Assembly (NCBI GenBank): GCA_964016885.1
Contig: OZ024765.1
Coordinates: 10,912,001 to 10,976,000 of the forward strand
DNA: 64,000 nt
Direction: 5' to 3'
From: Eledone cirrhosa
Taxonomy: Eukaryota
The first letter of the stretch is position 1. Every line of letters begins with the position of its first letter. The translations under genes were made by a program, and so were the position numbers. Positions 21,901-36,900 of this stretch are shown piece after piece. A model generated the notes under the pieces. The model was not told the DNA's origin and did not search any database. It was given only the letters and a program-made list of their open reading frames with translations.

Positions 21901-24900
21901 ATATTCAACATATTTTAATTAAAATTTGTTTTTTTTATAAAAGAAAGAACAAAAAACCTTATTGAAATTAAGAAATGAATTTTATTCAGTAAAGTTGTTT
22001 TTATTTTGTTTTCACTTCATTAACTGCTGAATACGTCTTTTGTTTTTGTTTTTGATTCTTTCTAACCATTGTTTACTGTGAATGGTGACTGCAACGAACC
22101 TGGATTATTACCAAGTTTCACTGGATGATTGTATTATTTTGTTGTCAGTGGACATCTGGACATCTATCTAAATACCTGGAATAAACACAAGGTGTGTGTT
22201 TTACGTAACATTTCATTTTAATGTCTGATGTTCCTGTATTTCACATTTAAAATGTAACCAAAAATAAACAAGACAGGGACGCTACATCAAAATAAACCAC
22301 ACAGACGAGGTACGAATAATCTAAAATAATTAATTTTAACAAACTATAAACGATGTTTAAAGAGAGACGAACATTAAAATAGGATTTCAAACAAACACGT
22401 AAACACAAAGACAATTACAGCCGCCATAATCTAATATCTGAAGATCAACATTTTTCACGATAGAAATAAAACTAAATATGTAAAGTTTAGTGGCCCCTGA
22501 TTTACTTGCTTTTAATTTCATTTTGATAATCTGTATTCTGTAGACATATATTTATGATTTTAATGATGAAATTTCCTCTTGTCTTTAAAAGATTATTACT
22601 TATAAAACTTATAATTGCCACCTCCTCCTCTCGATTAATATATAGCATCATTCGAGGTAGCTTACCCACAGGGGTTCCTCAACTGGGCGGTTTCAACTGT
22701 TGGGTGGGCGATGAGCAGCTGAACAGAAAATTGAGGGCCATTGGAAACTTTGGTGGCCGATATAGAATTTTGAGATTTAAGAAGGTATGCTACCCGAAAA
22801 CCTATTCAAGGAATATATGCAAAGAACCTGAATAAAAATCAGGAAGCTAATTGGGAAAATTAAACCAGGAACAAACATTTACGAAACATATTTGGTATAC
22901 TTTGGAATATTTACTATACAGGTGGCTGGTGGAACATTTTTTCATGTGAATATGGGAAATGACGCCAAAATATTTGGCAACCCTTGGCTTACACCTTACT
23001 AAATGTTCTGGAAACAAGCCTCTTCGCTATATATCATAGTTCTTCAATCCTTCATCTTCCACAGTTGGTGAAGTATTTCGATTTGATATGATGATCGCAG
23101 AGTTAGATTTAGGACGTGGTGGCGTTCATGGGTTTCTTAGTGTTGTTACTAGAAAGGGTCGACTGTCTTTCACACTTCAGGTTTTTTCATGAATTAAATA
23201 TCCATTTTCTTTCTGATCGGTCTAACAATGATTTGAACCTACAATGACTCCGTCTGTAATAATGTTCTCTTATTTGAAATATGCCATACCCAACTCCCGT
23301 GTCTGTGTGTGTGAAAAATATTCCAACTGAGAGCGACGTGCCCGTAAATTGTTTAGCCCGATTCCTATATATGGATAATGTGTAATATTTGAACCTTCAT
23401 GGAGGGTCTTTGCCGTAATTTCCCGTAACTCCGACTAGAAGTCATTATGTAGTTTTTTCGTCCGTTAAAAATAATGATTAAAACAATTCTATATCCACAG
23501 TTATATACACCTCTTCATCACATATTATATTATTTCCACCAATAACTACATTATATCCTTAAATATGACACCAAGGCATATAATTTGTAAATAAAAGATA
23601 AAATATTAAAACCTCAATTTTTAAATAATTTTACCCCACCTTTGTGTTCTCAGTGTTTAGATTAACCCATAATCTTATGATTTTGGAGCATATAACTTAT
23701 AGTACCAGTCATGTACTGGGATAAATTTAACGGATTGGTTCCTCCCCGCAAATAACTTGACTTTTGCCTAAGCAAGACATACTCACAGAATGTATCGATG
23801 TATATGTATGAATGTATATATATATATATTAGTATATTTTATGTTTACAATAAAAATAGACAAACAATTTAATGATAATATGAAATGAAATTATTATTAT
23901 TTATTAATAATATTTTTATTGTTTTCACTGCATTAACTTCTGAGTGTGACTTTGTTTTTCTTACTATTTTCTACTGTAAATGGCGGCTTAATTGGATTAT
24001 TACTAAGGTTTACTGGATTGTGGTGTTTCTTTATTGTTTTATATTTCAATCAGTGGACATCAGGATAGCTTTCTATATACCTCGGATAAATGTAAAGAGT
24101 ACTGACTTTCATCTGCAGTTCAATGGTGATGTCTTCTTATATTTTCATTTACTTCTGCAATACTGTATATTGTAGTCTGTTCATTATTTTAAATATTTCT
24201 ATCATGTCACTCGTTTGATATATCTCCCCGAAAGATATAGTTATTCAGAGCCTTACATTGGAATAGTGTACTACTATTTAAATATTAGTCCTTTAAATAT
24301 ATATTTCTATCATGTCCCCCCCCCCCCCCCCAACCCTCTTAGATTTATCTCCTCTAAATTTGCAATCCCTAAAGTTTAACATCTTTCTTCAGAAGACAGA
24401 TTTCTTAATAATTCTGGTGTTTTCTGTTTTGTTCTTTTCTGGATTCCTTCAATAGCTTCTCCGTATTTTCTGAAGTCGTCTGACCATGCCCCAAAACAAT
24501 ATTCTAGGTCCTATCACACATATCATTCAACTAGTGTTTTATACCTCTCGACATTTAGCTAGGCAAAGGAATGTTTTATTATTCCTATCATCTGAATTCC
24601 TTTTTTTTTCTTCAACATGTTTAGCCATCTTTAAAATCATATTCATACATATTCACAATTCCTCGTGGAGGGGTATAAGAGACATGTATAAATATAGCTG
24701 CATATTACTACAAAATAACTTGAACCATATCGCGAAACATGTTGTAAAGTATCTCTGTAATTATTCTCATTTCGATTTTCTGTAGAATGTATTGACGTTT
24801 AAGATAGAGACAATTGCCCTTCTTCTAATAATCTCTTTGTCCATTCCATGTTTAGTCTCACAAAATATTGTTAATGCAAGATTTTGCTCTAATGTAATAA

Positions 24901-27900
24901 ATGTTACTTTTAAAAGACCGAAGTTCTCAATTTTCTTCTTTCTCTTGTATATTGATATCTAAAGGATGACAAATGTATGAATTATGTGATAGGGAGGAAA
25001 AAAAGCCACGACCTTCTTCTCTCGTTACAGAAAGCTAACTGACAACGTCTTTCGCAGGAGTGACTAGTACTACTGCCTTTTATATACCGTGACAACTGGA
25101 AAGACGTGACAAATAAGGAAACACTCTGCTCTCCTTATCAACATTGTCCGAGTCTGAGGACCTTTCCTCCCTGGTTAAGGAGTGAGATAAAATATTAGGG
25201 ATCAATCTCTAGCAATAATTTCATTAAATCATATTTAACCAGAGACTGTTATGTCGTGGTTGTTGCTATATTTTATAGTCGTGGTTTCAATGTTTAACAG
25301 GGGTTGTAGAATTAGCTTTATCTAATTATTATCAAACAAAACAGATTTATATATTGTCGCCGTTGTACGTTAAAATCACATATATATTTATATACACACC
25401 AAGGATGGAGGGACGACGGAATTGAAAACCATTATTGCTGAGTACATCACGGCAAGATCTAATACACACACACTCTCCCGTATATATTTAATAATCAGCT
25501 ATGACCATGAAGAAGGTCCCTGTAGATCATCTGGTTGTAGGATCTAATGAACCCGAAAGAAAGTGAAAATATATTTTATGAAAGCCCCAGAAGAATAAAT
25601 GTAAACATTGACCCGATTATAGTAGAAATAATAATGAGAAAGCCATGAACGCCAGCACATCTATTTTGCTTGGAAATTAAAAGTAGGTTTATAAATATTA
25701 ATTTTTTCTTATGTGCTTGTAATTTTTTGGTAGGTGTTAGAGACTATGTAGAGACTGATGTGGTGTTCAATCTCAGTCCGATTCTGTACTATATATTTTT
25801 AAATTTAAATTTTTCTCTAGTAAAGTAAAAAAGGAAATTATTATCTATAGACTTTGACTGAAATCGAAACCCAAAGCAGGTTCTCCACCGTCTCTAATAC
25901 CTACCATTTGGCCACGGAGACAGATATACAAACAAAGCGAAAATTAATATTTATAAAGTTACTTTTTTATTTTTGTTTTATACTATAAAAAATATAATAC
26001 GACATACTGCCAGTGATTGAACCCCGGACCTGGACCTCCACCGGCTCTTATACTTACCACTAGGCTAAAGGGACGGTTACAGAAACTTACTGAAAATTGA
26101 TATTTATAAACCTACTTTTTCATTACTAGAAAAAACCGGAAGTGGAGAAAATTGAAAAACATCTTCTTTTTCTTCCTCTGATTTTTTTTTAACCAAAATT
26201 TGGATTTAAGTCAGAGACGAGTTATCGTTCGTGGCAAAAATCAGAGGAAGAAAAAGAAGAAGTTTTTCAATTTTCTCCACTTCCGGTTTTTTCTAGTATA
26301 GGTAAGTAAATATTAATTTTCAAAAAATTTTTGTAACCGTCCCTGTGGCCTAATGGTAAGTACTAGAGACGGTGGAGATCCTCATTTTGGGTTCGATTTC
26401 CGTTAGGTTCTATACTAATAACTGCGTATTTGTTGCTTTTATCAAGTAAGATTTGAACTCATAATGCTGTACTTTGTAGTAATGTCCCATATTATATTCA
26501 ACATATTTTAATTAAAATTTGTTTTTTTTATAAAAGAAAGAACAAAAAACCTTATTGAAATTAAGAAATGAATTTTATTCAGTAAAGTTGTTTTTATTTT
26601 GTTTTCACTTCATTAACTGCTGAATACGTCTTTTGTTTTTGTTTTTGATTCTTTCTAACCATTGTTTACTGTGAATGGTGACTGCAACGAACCTGGATTA
26701 TTACCAAGTTTCACTGGATGATTGTATTATTTTGTTGTCAGTGGACATCTGGACATCTATCTAAATACCTGGAATAAACACAAGGTGTGTGTTTTACGTA
26801 ACATTTCATTTTAATGTCTGATGTTCCTGTATTTCACATTTAAAATGTAACCAAAAATAAACAAGACAGGGACGCTACATCAAAATAAACCACACAGACG
26901 AGGTACGAATAATCTAAAATAATTAATTTTAACAAACTATAAACGATGTTTAAAGAGAGACGAACATTAAAATAGGATTTCAAACAAACACGTAAACACA
27001 AAGACAATTACAGCCGCCATAATCTAATATCTGAAGATCAACATTTTTCACGATAGCAATAAAACTAAATATGTAAAGTTTAGTGGCCCCTGATTTACTT
27101 GCTTTTAATTTCATTTTGATAATCTGTATTCTGTAGACATATATTTATGATTTTAATGATGAAATTTCCTCTTGTCTTTAAAAGATTATTACTTATAAAA
27201 ATTATAATTGTCACCTCCTCCTCTCGATTAATATATAGCATCATTCGAGGTAGCTTACCCACAGGGGTTCCTCAACTGGGCGGTTTCAACTGTTGGGTGG
27301 GCGATGAGCAGCTGAACAGAAAATTGAGGGCCATTGGAAACTTTGGTGGCCGATATAGAATTTTGAGATTTAAGAAGGTATGCTACCCGAAAACCTATTC
27401 AAGGAATATATGCAAAGAACCTGAATAAAAATCAGGAAGCTAATTGGGAAAATTAAACCAGGAACAAACATTTACGAAACATATTTGGTATACTTTGGAA
27501 TATTTACTATACAGGTGGCTGGTGGAACATTTTTTCATGTGAATATGGGAAATGACGCCAAAATATTTGGCAACCCTTGGCTTACACCTTACTAAATGTT
27601 CTGGAAACAAGCCTCTTCGCTATATATCATAGTTCTTCAATCCTTCATCTTCCACAGTTGGTGAAGTATTTCGATTTGATATGACGATCGCAGAGTTAGA
27701 TTTAGGACGTGGTGGCGTTCATGGGTTTCTTAGTGTTGTTACTAGAAAGGGTCGACTGTCTTTCACACTTCAGGTTTTTTCATGAATTAAATATCCATTT
27801 TCTTTCTGATCGGTCTAACAATGATTTGAACCTACAATGACTCCGTCTGTAATAATGTTCTCTTATTTGAAATATGCCATACCTAACTCCCGTGTCTCTG

Positions 27901-30900
27901 TGTGTGAAAAATATTCCAACTGAGAGCGACGTGCCCGTAAATTGTTTAGCCCGATTCCTATATATGGATAATGTGTAATATTTGAACCTTCATGGAGGGT
28001 CTTTGCCGTAATTTCCCGTAACTCCGACTAGAAGTCATTATGTAGTTTTTTCGTCCGTTAAAAATAATGATTAAAACAATTCTATATCCACAGTTATATA
28101 CACCTCTTCATCACATATTATATTATTTCCACCAATAACTACATTATATCCTTAAATATGACACCAAGGCATATAATTTGTAAATAAAAGATAAAATATT
28201 AAAACCTCAATTTTTAAATAATTTTACCCCACCTTTGTGTTCTCAGTGTTTAGATTAACCCATAATCTTATGATTTTGGAGCATATAACTTATAGTACCA
28301 GTCATGTACTGGGATAAATTTAACGGATTGGTTCCTCCCCGCAAATAACTTGACTTTTGCCTAAGCAAGACATACTCACAGAATGTATCGATGTATATGT
28401 ATGAATGTATATATATATATATTAGTATATTTTATGTTTACAATAAAAATAGACAAACAATTTAATGATAATATGAAATGAAATTATTATTATTTATTAA
28501 TAATATTTTTATTGTTTTCACTGCATTAACTTCTGAGTGTGACTTTGTTTTTCTTACTATTTTCTACTGTAAATGGCGGCTTAATTGGATTATTACTAAG
28601 GTTTACTGGATTGTGGTGTTTCTTTATTGTTTTATATTTCAATCAGTGGACATCAGGATAGCTTTCTATATACCTCGGATAAATGTAAAGAGTACTGACT
28701 TTCATCTGCAGTTCAATGGTGATGTCTTCTTATATTTTCATTTACTTCTGCAATACTGTATATTGTAGTCTGTTCATTATTTTAAATATTTCTATCATGT
28801 CACTCGTTTGATATATCTCCCCGAAAGATATAGTTATTCAGAGCCTTACATTGGAATAGTGTACTACTATTTAAATATTAGTCCTTTAAATATATATTTC
28901 TATCATGTCCCCCCCCCCCCCCCCAACCCTCTTAGATTTATCTCCTCTAAATTTGCAATCCCTAAAGTTTAACATCTTTCTTCAGAAGACAGATTTCTTA
29001 ATAATTCTGGTGTTTTCTGTTTTGTTCTTTTCTGGATTCCTTCAATAGCTTCTCCGTATTTTCTGAAGTCGTCTGACCATGCCCCAAAACAATATTCTAG
29101 GTCCTATCACACATATCATTCAACTAGTGTTTTATACCTCTCGACATTTAGCTAGGCAAAGGAATGTTTTATTATTCCTATCATCTGAATTCCTTTTCTT
29201 TTCTTCAACATGTTTAGCCATCTTTAAAATCACATTCATACATATTCACAATTCCTCGTGGAGGGGTATAAGAGACATGTATAAATATAGCTGCATATTA
29301 CTACAAAATAACTTGAACCATATCGCGAAACATGTTGTAAAGTATCTCTGTAATTATTCTCATTTCGATTTTCTGTAGAATGTATTGACGTTTAAGATAG
29401 AGACAATTGCCCTTCTTCTAATAATCTCTTTGTCCATTCCATGTTTAGTCTCACAAAATATTGTTAATGCAAGATTTTGCTCTAATGTAATAAATGTTAC
29501 TTTTAAAAGACCGAAGTTCTCAATTTTCTTCTTTCTCTTGTATATTGATATCTAAAGGATGACAAATGTATGAATTATGTGATAGGGAGGAAAAAAAGCC
29601 ACGACCTTCTTCTCTCGTTACAGAAAGCTAACTGACAACGTCTTTCGCAGGAGTGACTAGTACTACTGCCTTTTATATACCGTGACAACTGGAAAGACGT
29701 GACAAATAAGGAAACACTCTGCTCTCCTTATCAACATTGTCCGAGTCTGAGGACCTTTCCTCCCTGGTTAAGGAGTGAGATAAAATATTAGGGATCAATC
29801 TCTAGCAATAATTTCATTAAATCATATTTAACCAGAGACTGTTATGTCGTGGTTGTTGCTATATTTTATAGTCGTGGTTTCAATGTTTAACAGGGGTTGT
29901 AGAATTAGCTTTATCTAATTATTATCAAACAAAACAGATTTATATATTGTCGCCGTTGTACGTTAAAATCACATATATATTTATATACACACCAAGGATG
30001 GAGGGACGACGGAATTGAAAACCATTATTGCTGAGTACATCACGGCAAGATCTAATACACACACACTCTCCCGTATATATTTAATAATCAGCTATGACCA
30101 TGAAGAAGGTCCCTGTAGATCATCTGTTTGTAGGATCTAATGAACCCGAAAGAAAGTGAAAATATATTTTATGAAAGCCCCAGAAGAATAAATGTAAACA
30201 TTGACCCGATTATAGTAGAAATAACAATGAGAAAGCCATGAACGCCAGCACATCTATTTTGCTTGGAAATTAAAAGTAGGTTTATAAATATTAATTTTTT
30301 CTTATGTGCTTGTAATTTTTTGGTAGGTGTTAGAGACTATGTGGAGACTGATGTGGTGTTCAATCTCAGTCCGAATCTGTACTATATATTTTTAAATTTA
30401 AATTTTTCTCTAGTAAAGTAAAAAAGGAAATTATTATCTATAGACTTTGACTGAAATCGAAACCCAAAGCAGGTTCTCCACCGTCTCTAATACCTACCAT
30501 TTGGCCACGGAGACAGATATACAAACAAAGCGAAAATTAATATTTATAAAGTTACTTTTTTATTTTTGTTTTATACTATAAAAAATATAATACGACATAC
30601 TGCCAGTGATTGAACCCCGGACCTGGACCTCCACCGGCTCTTATACTTACCACTAGGCTAAAGGGACGGTTACAGAAACTTACTGAAAATTGATATTTAT
30701 AAACCTACTTTTTCATTACTAGAAAAAACCGGAAGTGGAGAAAATTGAAAAACATCTTCTTTTTCTTCCTCTGATTTTTTTTTAACCAAAATTTGGATTT
30801 AAGTCAGAGACGAGTTATCGTTCGTGGCAAAAATCAGAGGAAGAAAAAGAAGAAGTTTTTCAATTTTCTCCACTTCCGGTTTTTTCTAGTATAGGTAAGT

Positions 30901-33900
30901 AAATATTAATTTTCAAAAAATTTTTGTAACCGTCCCTGTGGCCTAATGGTAAGTACTAGAGACGGTGGAGATCCTCATTTTGGGTTCGATTTCCGTTAGG
31001 TTCTATACTAATAACTGCGTATTTGTTGCTTTTATCAAGTAAGATTTGAACTCATAATGCTGTACTTTGTAGTAATGTCCCATATTATATTCAACATATT
31101 TTAATTAAAATTTGTTTTTTTTTATAAAAGAAAGAACAAAAAACCTTATTGAAATTAAGAAATGAATTTTATTCAGTAAAGTTGTTTTTATTTTGTTTTC
31201 ACTTCATTAACTGCTGAATACGTCTTTTGTTTTTGTTTTTGATTCTTTCTAACCATTGTTTACTGTGAATGGTGACTGCAACGAACCTGGATTATTACCA
31301 AGTTTCACTGGATGATTGTATTAATTTGTTGTCAGTGGACATCTGGACATCTATCTAAATACCTGGAATAAACACAAGGTGTGTGTTTTACGTAACATTT
31401 CATTTTAATGTCTGATGTTCCTGTATTTCACATTTAAAATGTAACCAAAAATAAACAAGACAGGGACGCTACATCAAAATAAACCACACAGACGAGGTAC
31501 GAATAATCTAAAATAATTAATTTTAACAAACTATAAACGATGTTTAAAGAGAGACGAACATTAAAATAGGATTTCAAACAAACACGTAAACACAAAGACA
31601 ATTACAGCCGCCATAATCTAATATCTGAAGATCAACATTTTTCACGATAGCAATAAAACTAAATATGTAAAGTTTAGTGGCCCCTGATTTACTTGCTTTT
31701 AATTTCATTTTGATAATCTGTATTCTGTAGACATATATTTATGATTTTAATGATGAAATTTCCTCTTGTCTTTAAAAGATTATTACTTATAAAAATTATA
31801 ATTGTCACCTCCTCCTCTCGATTAATATATAGCATCATTCGAGGTAGCTTACCCACAGGGGTTCCTCAACTGGGCGGTTTCAACTGTTGGGTGGGCGATG
31901 AGCAGCTGAACAGAAAATTGAGGGCCATTGGAAACTTTGGTGGCCGATATAGAATTTTGAGATTTAAGAAGGTATGCTACCCGAAAACCTATTCAAGGAA
32001 TATATGCAAAGAACCTGAATAAAAATCAGGAAGCTAATTGGGAAAATTAAACCAGGAACAAACATTTACGAAACATATTTGGTATACTTTGGAATATTTA
32101 CTATACAGGTGGCTGGTGGAACATTTTTTCATGTGAATATGGGAAATGACGCCAAAATATTTGGCAACCCTTGGCTTACACCTTACTAAATGTTCTGGAA
32201 ACAAGCCTCTTCGCTATATATCATAGTTCTTCAATCCTTCATCTTCCACAGTTGGTGAAGTATTTCGATTTGATATGACGATCGCAGAGTTAGATTTAGG
32301 ACGTGGTGGCGTTCATGGGTTTCTTAGTGTTGTTACTAGAAAGGGTCGACTCTGTCTTTCACACTTCAGGTTTATTCATGAATTAAATATCCATTTTCTT
32401 TCTGATCGGTCTAACAATGATTTCGACCTACAATGACTCCGTCTGTAATAATGTTCTCTTATTTGAAATATGTCATACCTAACTCCCGTGTCTGTGTGTG
32501 TGAAAAAATATTCCAACTTAGAGCGACGTGCCCGTAAATTGTTTAGCCTGATTCCTATATATAGATAATGTGTAATATTTGAACCTTCATGGAGGGTCTT
32601 TGCCGTAATTTCCCGTAACTCCGACTAGAAGTCATTATGTAGTTTTTTCGTCCGTTAAAAATAATGATTAAAACAATTCTATATCCACAGTTATATACAC
32701 CTCTTCATCACATATTATATTATTTCCACCAATAACTACATTATATCCTTAAATATGACACCAAGACATATAATTTGTAAATAAAAGATAAAATATTAAA
32801 ACCTCAATTTTTAAATAATTTTAACCCACCTTTGTGTTCTCAGTGTTTAGATTAACCAATAATTTTATGATTTTGGAGCATATAACTTATAGTACCAGTC
32901 ATGTACTGGGATCAATTTAACGGATTGGTTCCTCCCCGCAAATTACTTGACTTTTGCCTAAGTAAGACATACTCACAGAATGTATCGATGTATATGTATG
33001 AATGTATATATATATATTAGTATATTTTATGTTTACAATAAAAATAGACAAACAATTTAATGATAATATGAAATGAAATTATTATTATTTATTAATAATA
33101 TTTTTATTGTTTTCACTGCATTAACTTCTGAGTGTGACTTTGTTTTTCTTACTATTTTCTACTGTAAATGGCGGCTTAATTGGATTATTACTAAGGTTTA
33201 CTGGATTGTGGTGTTTCTTTATTGTTTTATATTTCAATCAGTGGACATCAGGATAGCTTTCTATATACCTGGGATAAATGTAAAGAGTACTGACTTTCAT
33301 CTGCAGTTCAATGGTGATGTCTTCTTATATTTTCATTTACTTCTGCAATACTGTATATTGTAGTCTTTTCATTATTTTAAATATTTCTATCATGTCACTC
33401 GTTTGATATATCTCCCCGAAAGATATAGTTATTCAGAGCTTTACATTGGAATAGTGTACTACTATTTAAATATTAGTCCTTTAAATATATATTTCAATCA
33501 TGTCCCCCCCCCCACCTTCTTTGATTTATCTCCTCTAAATTTGCAATCCCTAAAGTTTAACATCTTTCTTCAGAAGACGATTTCTTAATAATTCTGGTGT
33601 TTTCTGTTTTGTTCTTTTCTGGACTCCTTCAATAGCTTCTCCGTATTTTCTGAAGTCGTCTGACCATGCCCCAAAACAATATTCTAGGTCGTATCACACA
33701 TATCAATCAACTAGTGTTTTAGACCTCTCGACATTTAGCTAGGCAAAGGAATGTTTTATTATTCCTATCATCTGAATTCCTTTTTTTTCTTCAACATGTT
33801 TAGCCATCTTTAAAATCATATTCATACATATTCACAATTCCTCGTGGAGTGGTATAAGAGACATGTATAAATATAGCTGCATATTACTACAAAATAACTT

Positions 33901-36900
33901 GAACCATATCGCGAAAGATTTTGTAAAGTATCTCTGTAATTATTCTCATTTCGATTTTCTGTAGAATGTATTGACGTTTAAGATAGAGACAATTGCCCTT
34001 CTTCTAATAATCTCTTTGTCCATTCCATGTTTAGTCTCACAAAATATTGTTAATGCAAGATTTTGCTCTAATGTAATAAATGTTACTTTTAAAAGACCGA
34101 AGATCTCAATTTTCTTCTTTCTCTTGTATATTGATATCTAAAGGATGACAAATGTATGAATTACGTGATAGGGAGGAAAAAAGCCACGACCTTCTTCTCT
34201 CGTTACAGAAGGCTAACTGACAACGTCTTTCGCAGGAGTGACTAGTACTACTGCCTTTTATATACCGTGACAACTGGAAAGACGTGACAAATAAGGATAC
34301 ACTCTGCTCTCCTTATCAACATTGTCCGAGTCTGAGGACCTTTCCTCCCTGGTTAAGGAGTGAGATAAAATATTAGGGATCAATCTCTAGCAATAATTTT
34401 TATCTAATTATTATCAAACAAAACAGATTTATATATTGTCGCCGTTGTACGTTAAAATCGCATATATATTTATATACACACCAAGGATGGAGGGACGACG
34501 GAATTGAAAACGATTATTGCTGAGTACATCACGGCAAGATCTAATCTAATAGACACACACACTCTCCCGTATATATTTAATAATCAGCTATGACCATGAA
34601 GAAGGTCCCTGTAGATCATCTAATGAACCCGAAAGAAAGTGAAAATATATTTTATGAAAGCCCCAGAAGAATAAATGTAAACATTGACTCGATTATAGTA
34701 GAAATAACAATGAGAAAGCCATGAACGCCAGCACATCTATTTTGCTTGGAAATTGAAAGTAGGTTTATAAATATAAATTTTTTCTTATGTTCTTGTATCT
34801 GTTTCGTTGGCCTAATGGTAGGTGTTAGAGACTGATGTGGTGTTCAATCTCAGTCCGAATCTGTACTATATATTTTTAAATTTAAATTTTTCTCTAGCAA
34901 AATAAAAAATGAAATTATTACCTATAGACTTTGACAGAGATCGAAACCCAGAGCAGGTTCTCCACCGTCTCTAATACCTACCATTAGGCCACGGAGACAG
35001 ATATAAAAACAGTGTGAAAATTAATATTTATAAAGTTACTTTTTTATTTTTGTTTTATACTATAAAAAATATAGTACGACACACTGCCAGTGATTGAACC
35101 TCGGACCTGGACCTCCACCGGCTCTTATACTTACCACTAGGCTAAAGGGACGGTTACGGAAACTTACTGAAAATTGATATTTATAAACCTACTTTTTCAT
35201 TACTAGAAAAAACCGGAAGTGAAGAAAATTGAAAAACATCTTCTTTTTCTTCCTCTGATTTTTTTTTATCCAAAATTTGGATTTAAGTCAGAGACGAGTT
35301 ATCGTTCGTGGCAAAAATCAGAGGAAGAAAAAGAAAAAGTTTTTCAATTTTCTCCACTTCCGGTTTTTTCTAGTATAGGTAAGTAAATATTAATTTTCAA
35401 AAAATTTTTGTAACCGTCCCTGTGGCCTAATGGTAAGTACTAGAGACGGTGGAGATCCTGATTTAGGGTTCGATTTCCGTTAGGTTTTATACTAATAACT
35501 GCGTATTTGTTGCTTTTATTAAGTAAGATTTGAACTGATAATGCTGTACTTTGTAGTAATGTCCCATATTATATTCAACATATTTTAATTAAAATTTTTT
35601 TTTTTTATAAAAGAAAGAACAAAAAACCTTATTGAAATTAAGAAATGAATTTTATTCAGTAAAGTTGTTTTTATTTTGTTTTCACTTCATTAACTGCTGA
35701 ATACGTCTTTTGTTTTTGTTTTTGATTCTTTCTAACCATTGTTTACTGTGAATGGTGACTGCAACGAACCTGGATTATTACCAAGTTTCGCTGGATGATT
35801 GTATTATTTTGTTGTCAGTGGACATCTGGACATCTATCTAAATACCTGGAATAAACACAAGGTGTGTGTTTTACGTAACATTTCATTTTAATGTCTGATG
35901 TTCCTGTATTTCACATTTAAAATGTAACCAAAAATAAACAAGACAGGGACGCTACATCAAAATAAACCACACAGACGAGGTACGAATAATCTAAAATTAA
36001 TTTTAACAAACTATAAACGATGTTTAAAGAGAGACGAACATTAAAATAGGATTTCAAACAAACACGTAAACACAAAGACAATTACAGCCGCCATAATCTA
36101 ATATCTGAAGATCAACATTTTTCACGATAGAAATAAAACTAAATATGTAAAGTTTAGTGGCCCCTGATTTACTTGCTTTTAATTTCATTTTGATAATCTG
36201 TATTGTATTCTGTAGACATATATTTATGATTTTAATGATGAAATTTCCGCTTGTCTTTAAAAGATTATTACTTATAAAAATTATAATAGTCACCTCCTCC
36301 TCTCGATTAATATGTAGCTTACCCACAGGGGTTCCTCAACTGGGCGGTTTCAACTGTTGGGTGGGCGATGAGCAGCTGAACAGAAAATTGAGGGCCATTG
36401 GAAACTTTGGTGGCCGATATAGAATTTTGAGATTTAAGAAGGTATGCTACCCGAAAACCTATTCAAGGAATATATGCAAAGAACCTGAATAAAAATCAGG
36501 AAGCTAATTGGGAAAATTAAACCAGGAACAAACATTTACGAAACATATTTGGTATACTTTGGAATATTTACTATACAGGTGGCTGGTGGAACATTTTTTC
36601 ATGTGAATGTGGGAAATGACGCCAAAATATTTGGCAACCCTTGGCTTACACCTTACTAAATGTTCTGGAGACAAGCCTCTTAGCTATATATCATAGTTCT
36701 TCAATCCTTCATCTTCCACAGTTGGTGAAGTATTTCGATTTGATATGACGATCGCAGAGTTAGATTTAGGACGTGGTGGCGTTCATGGGTTTCTTAGTGT
36801 TGTTACTAGAAAGGGTCGACTCTGTCTTTCACACTTCAGGTTTATTCATGAATTAAATATCCATTTTCTTTCTGATCGGTCTAACAATGATTTCAACCTA

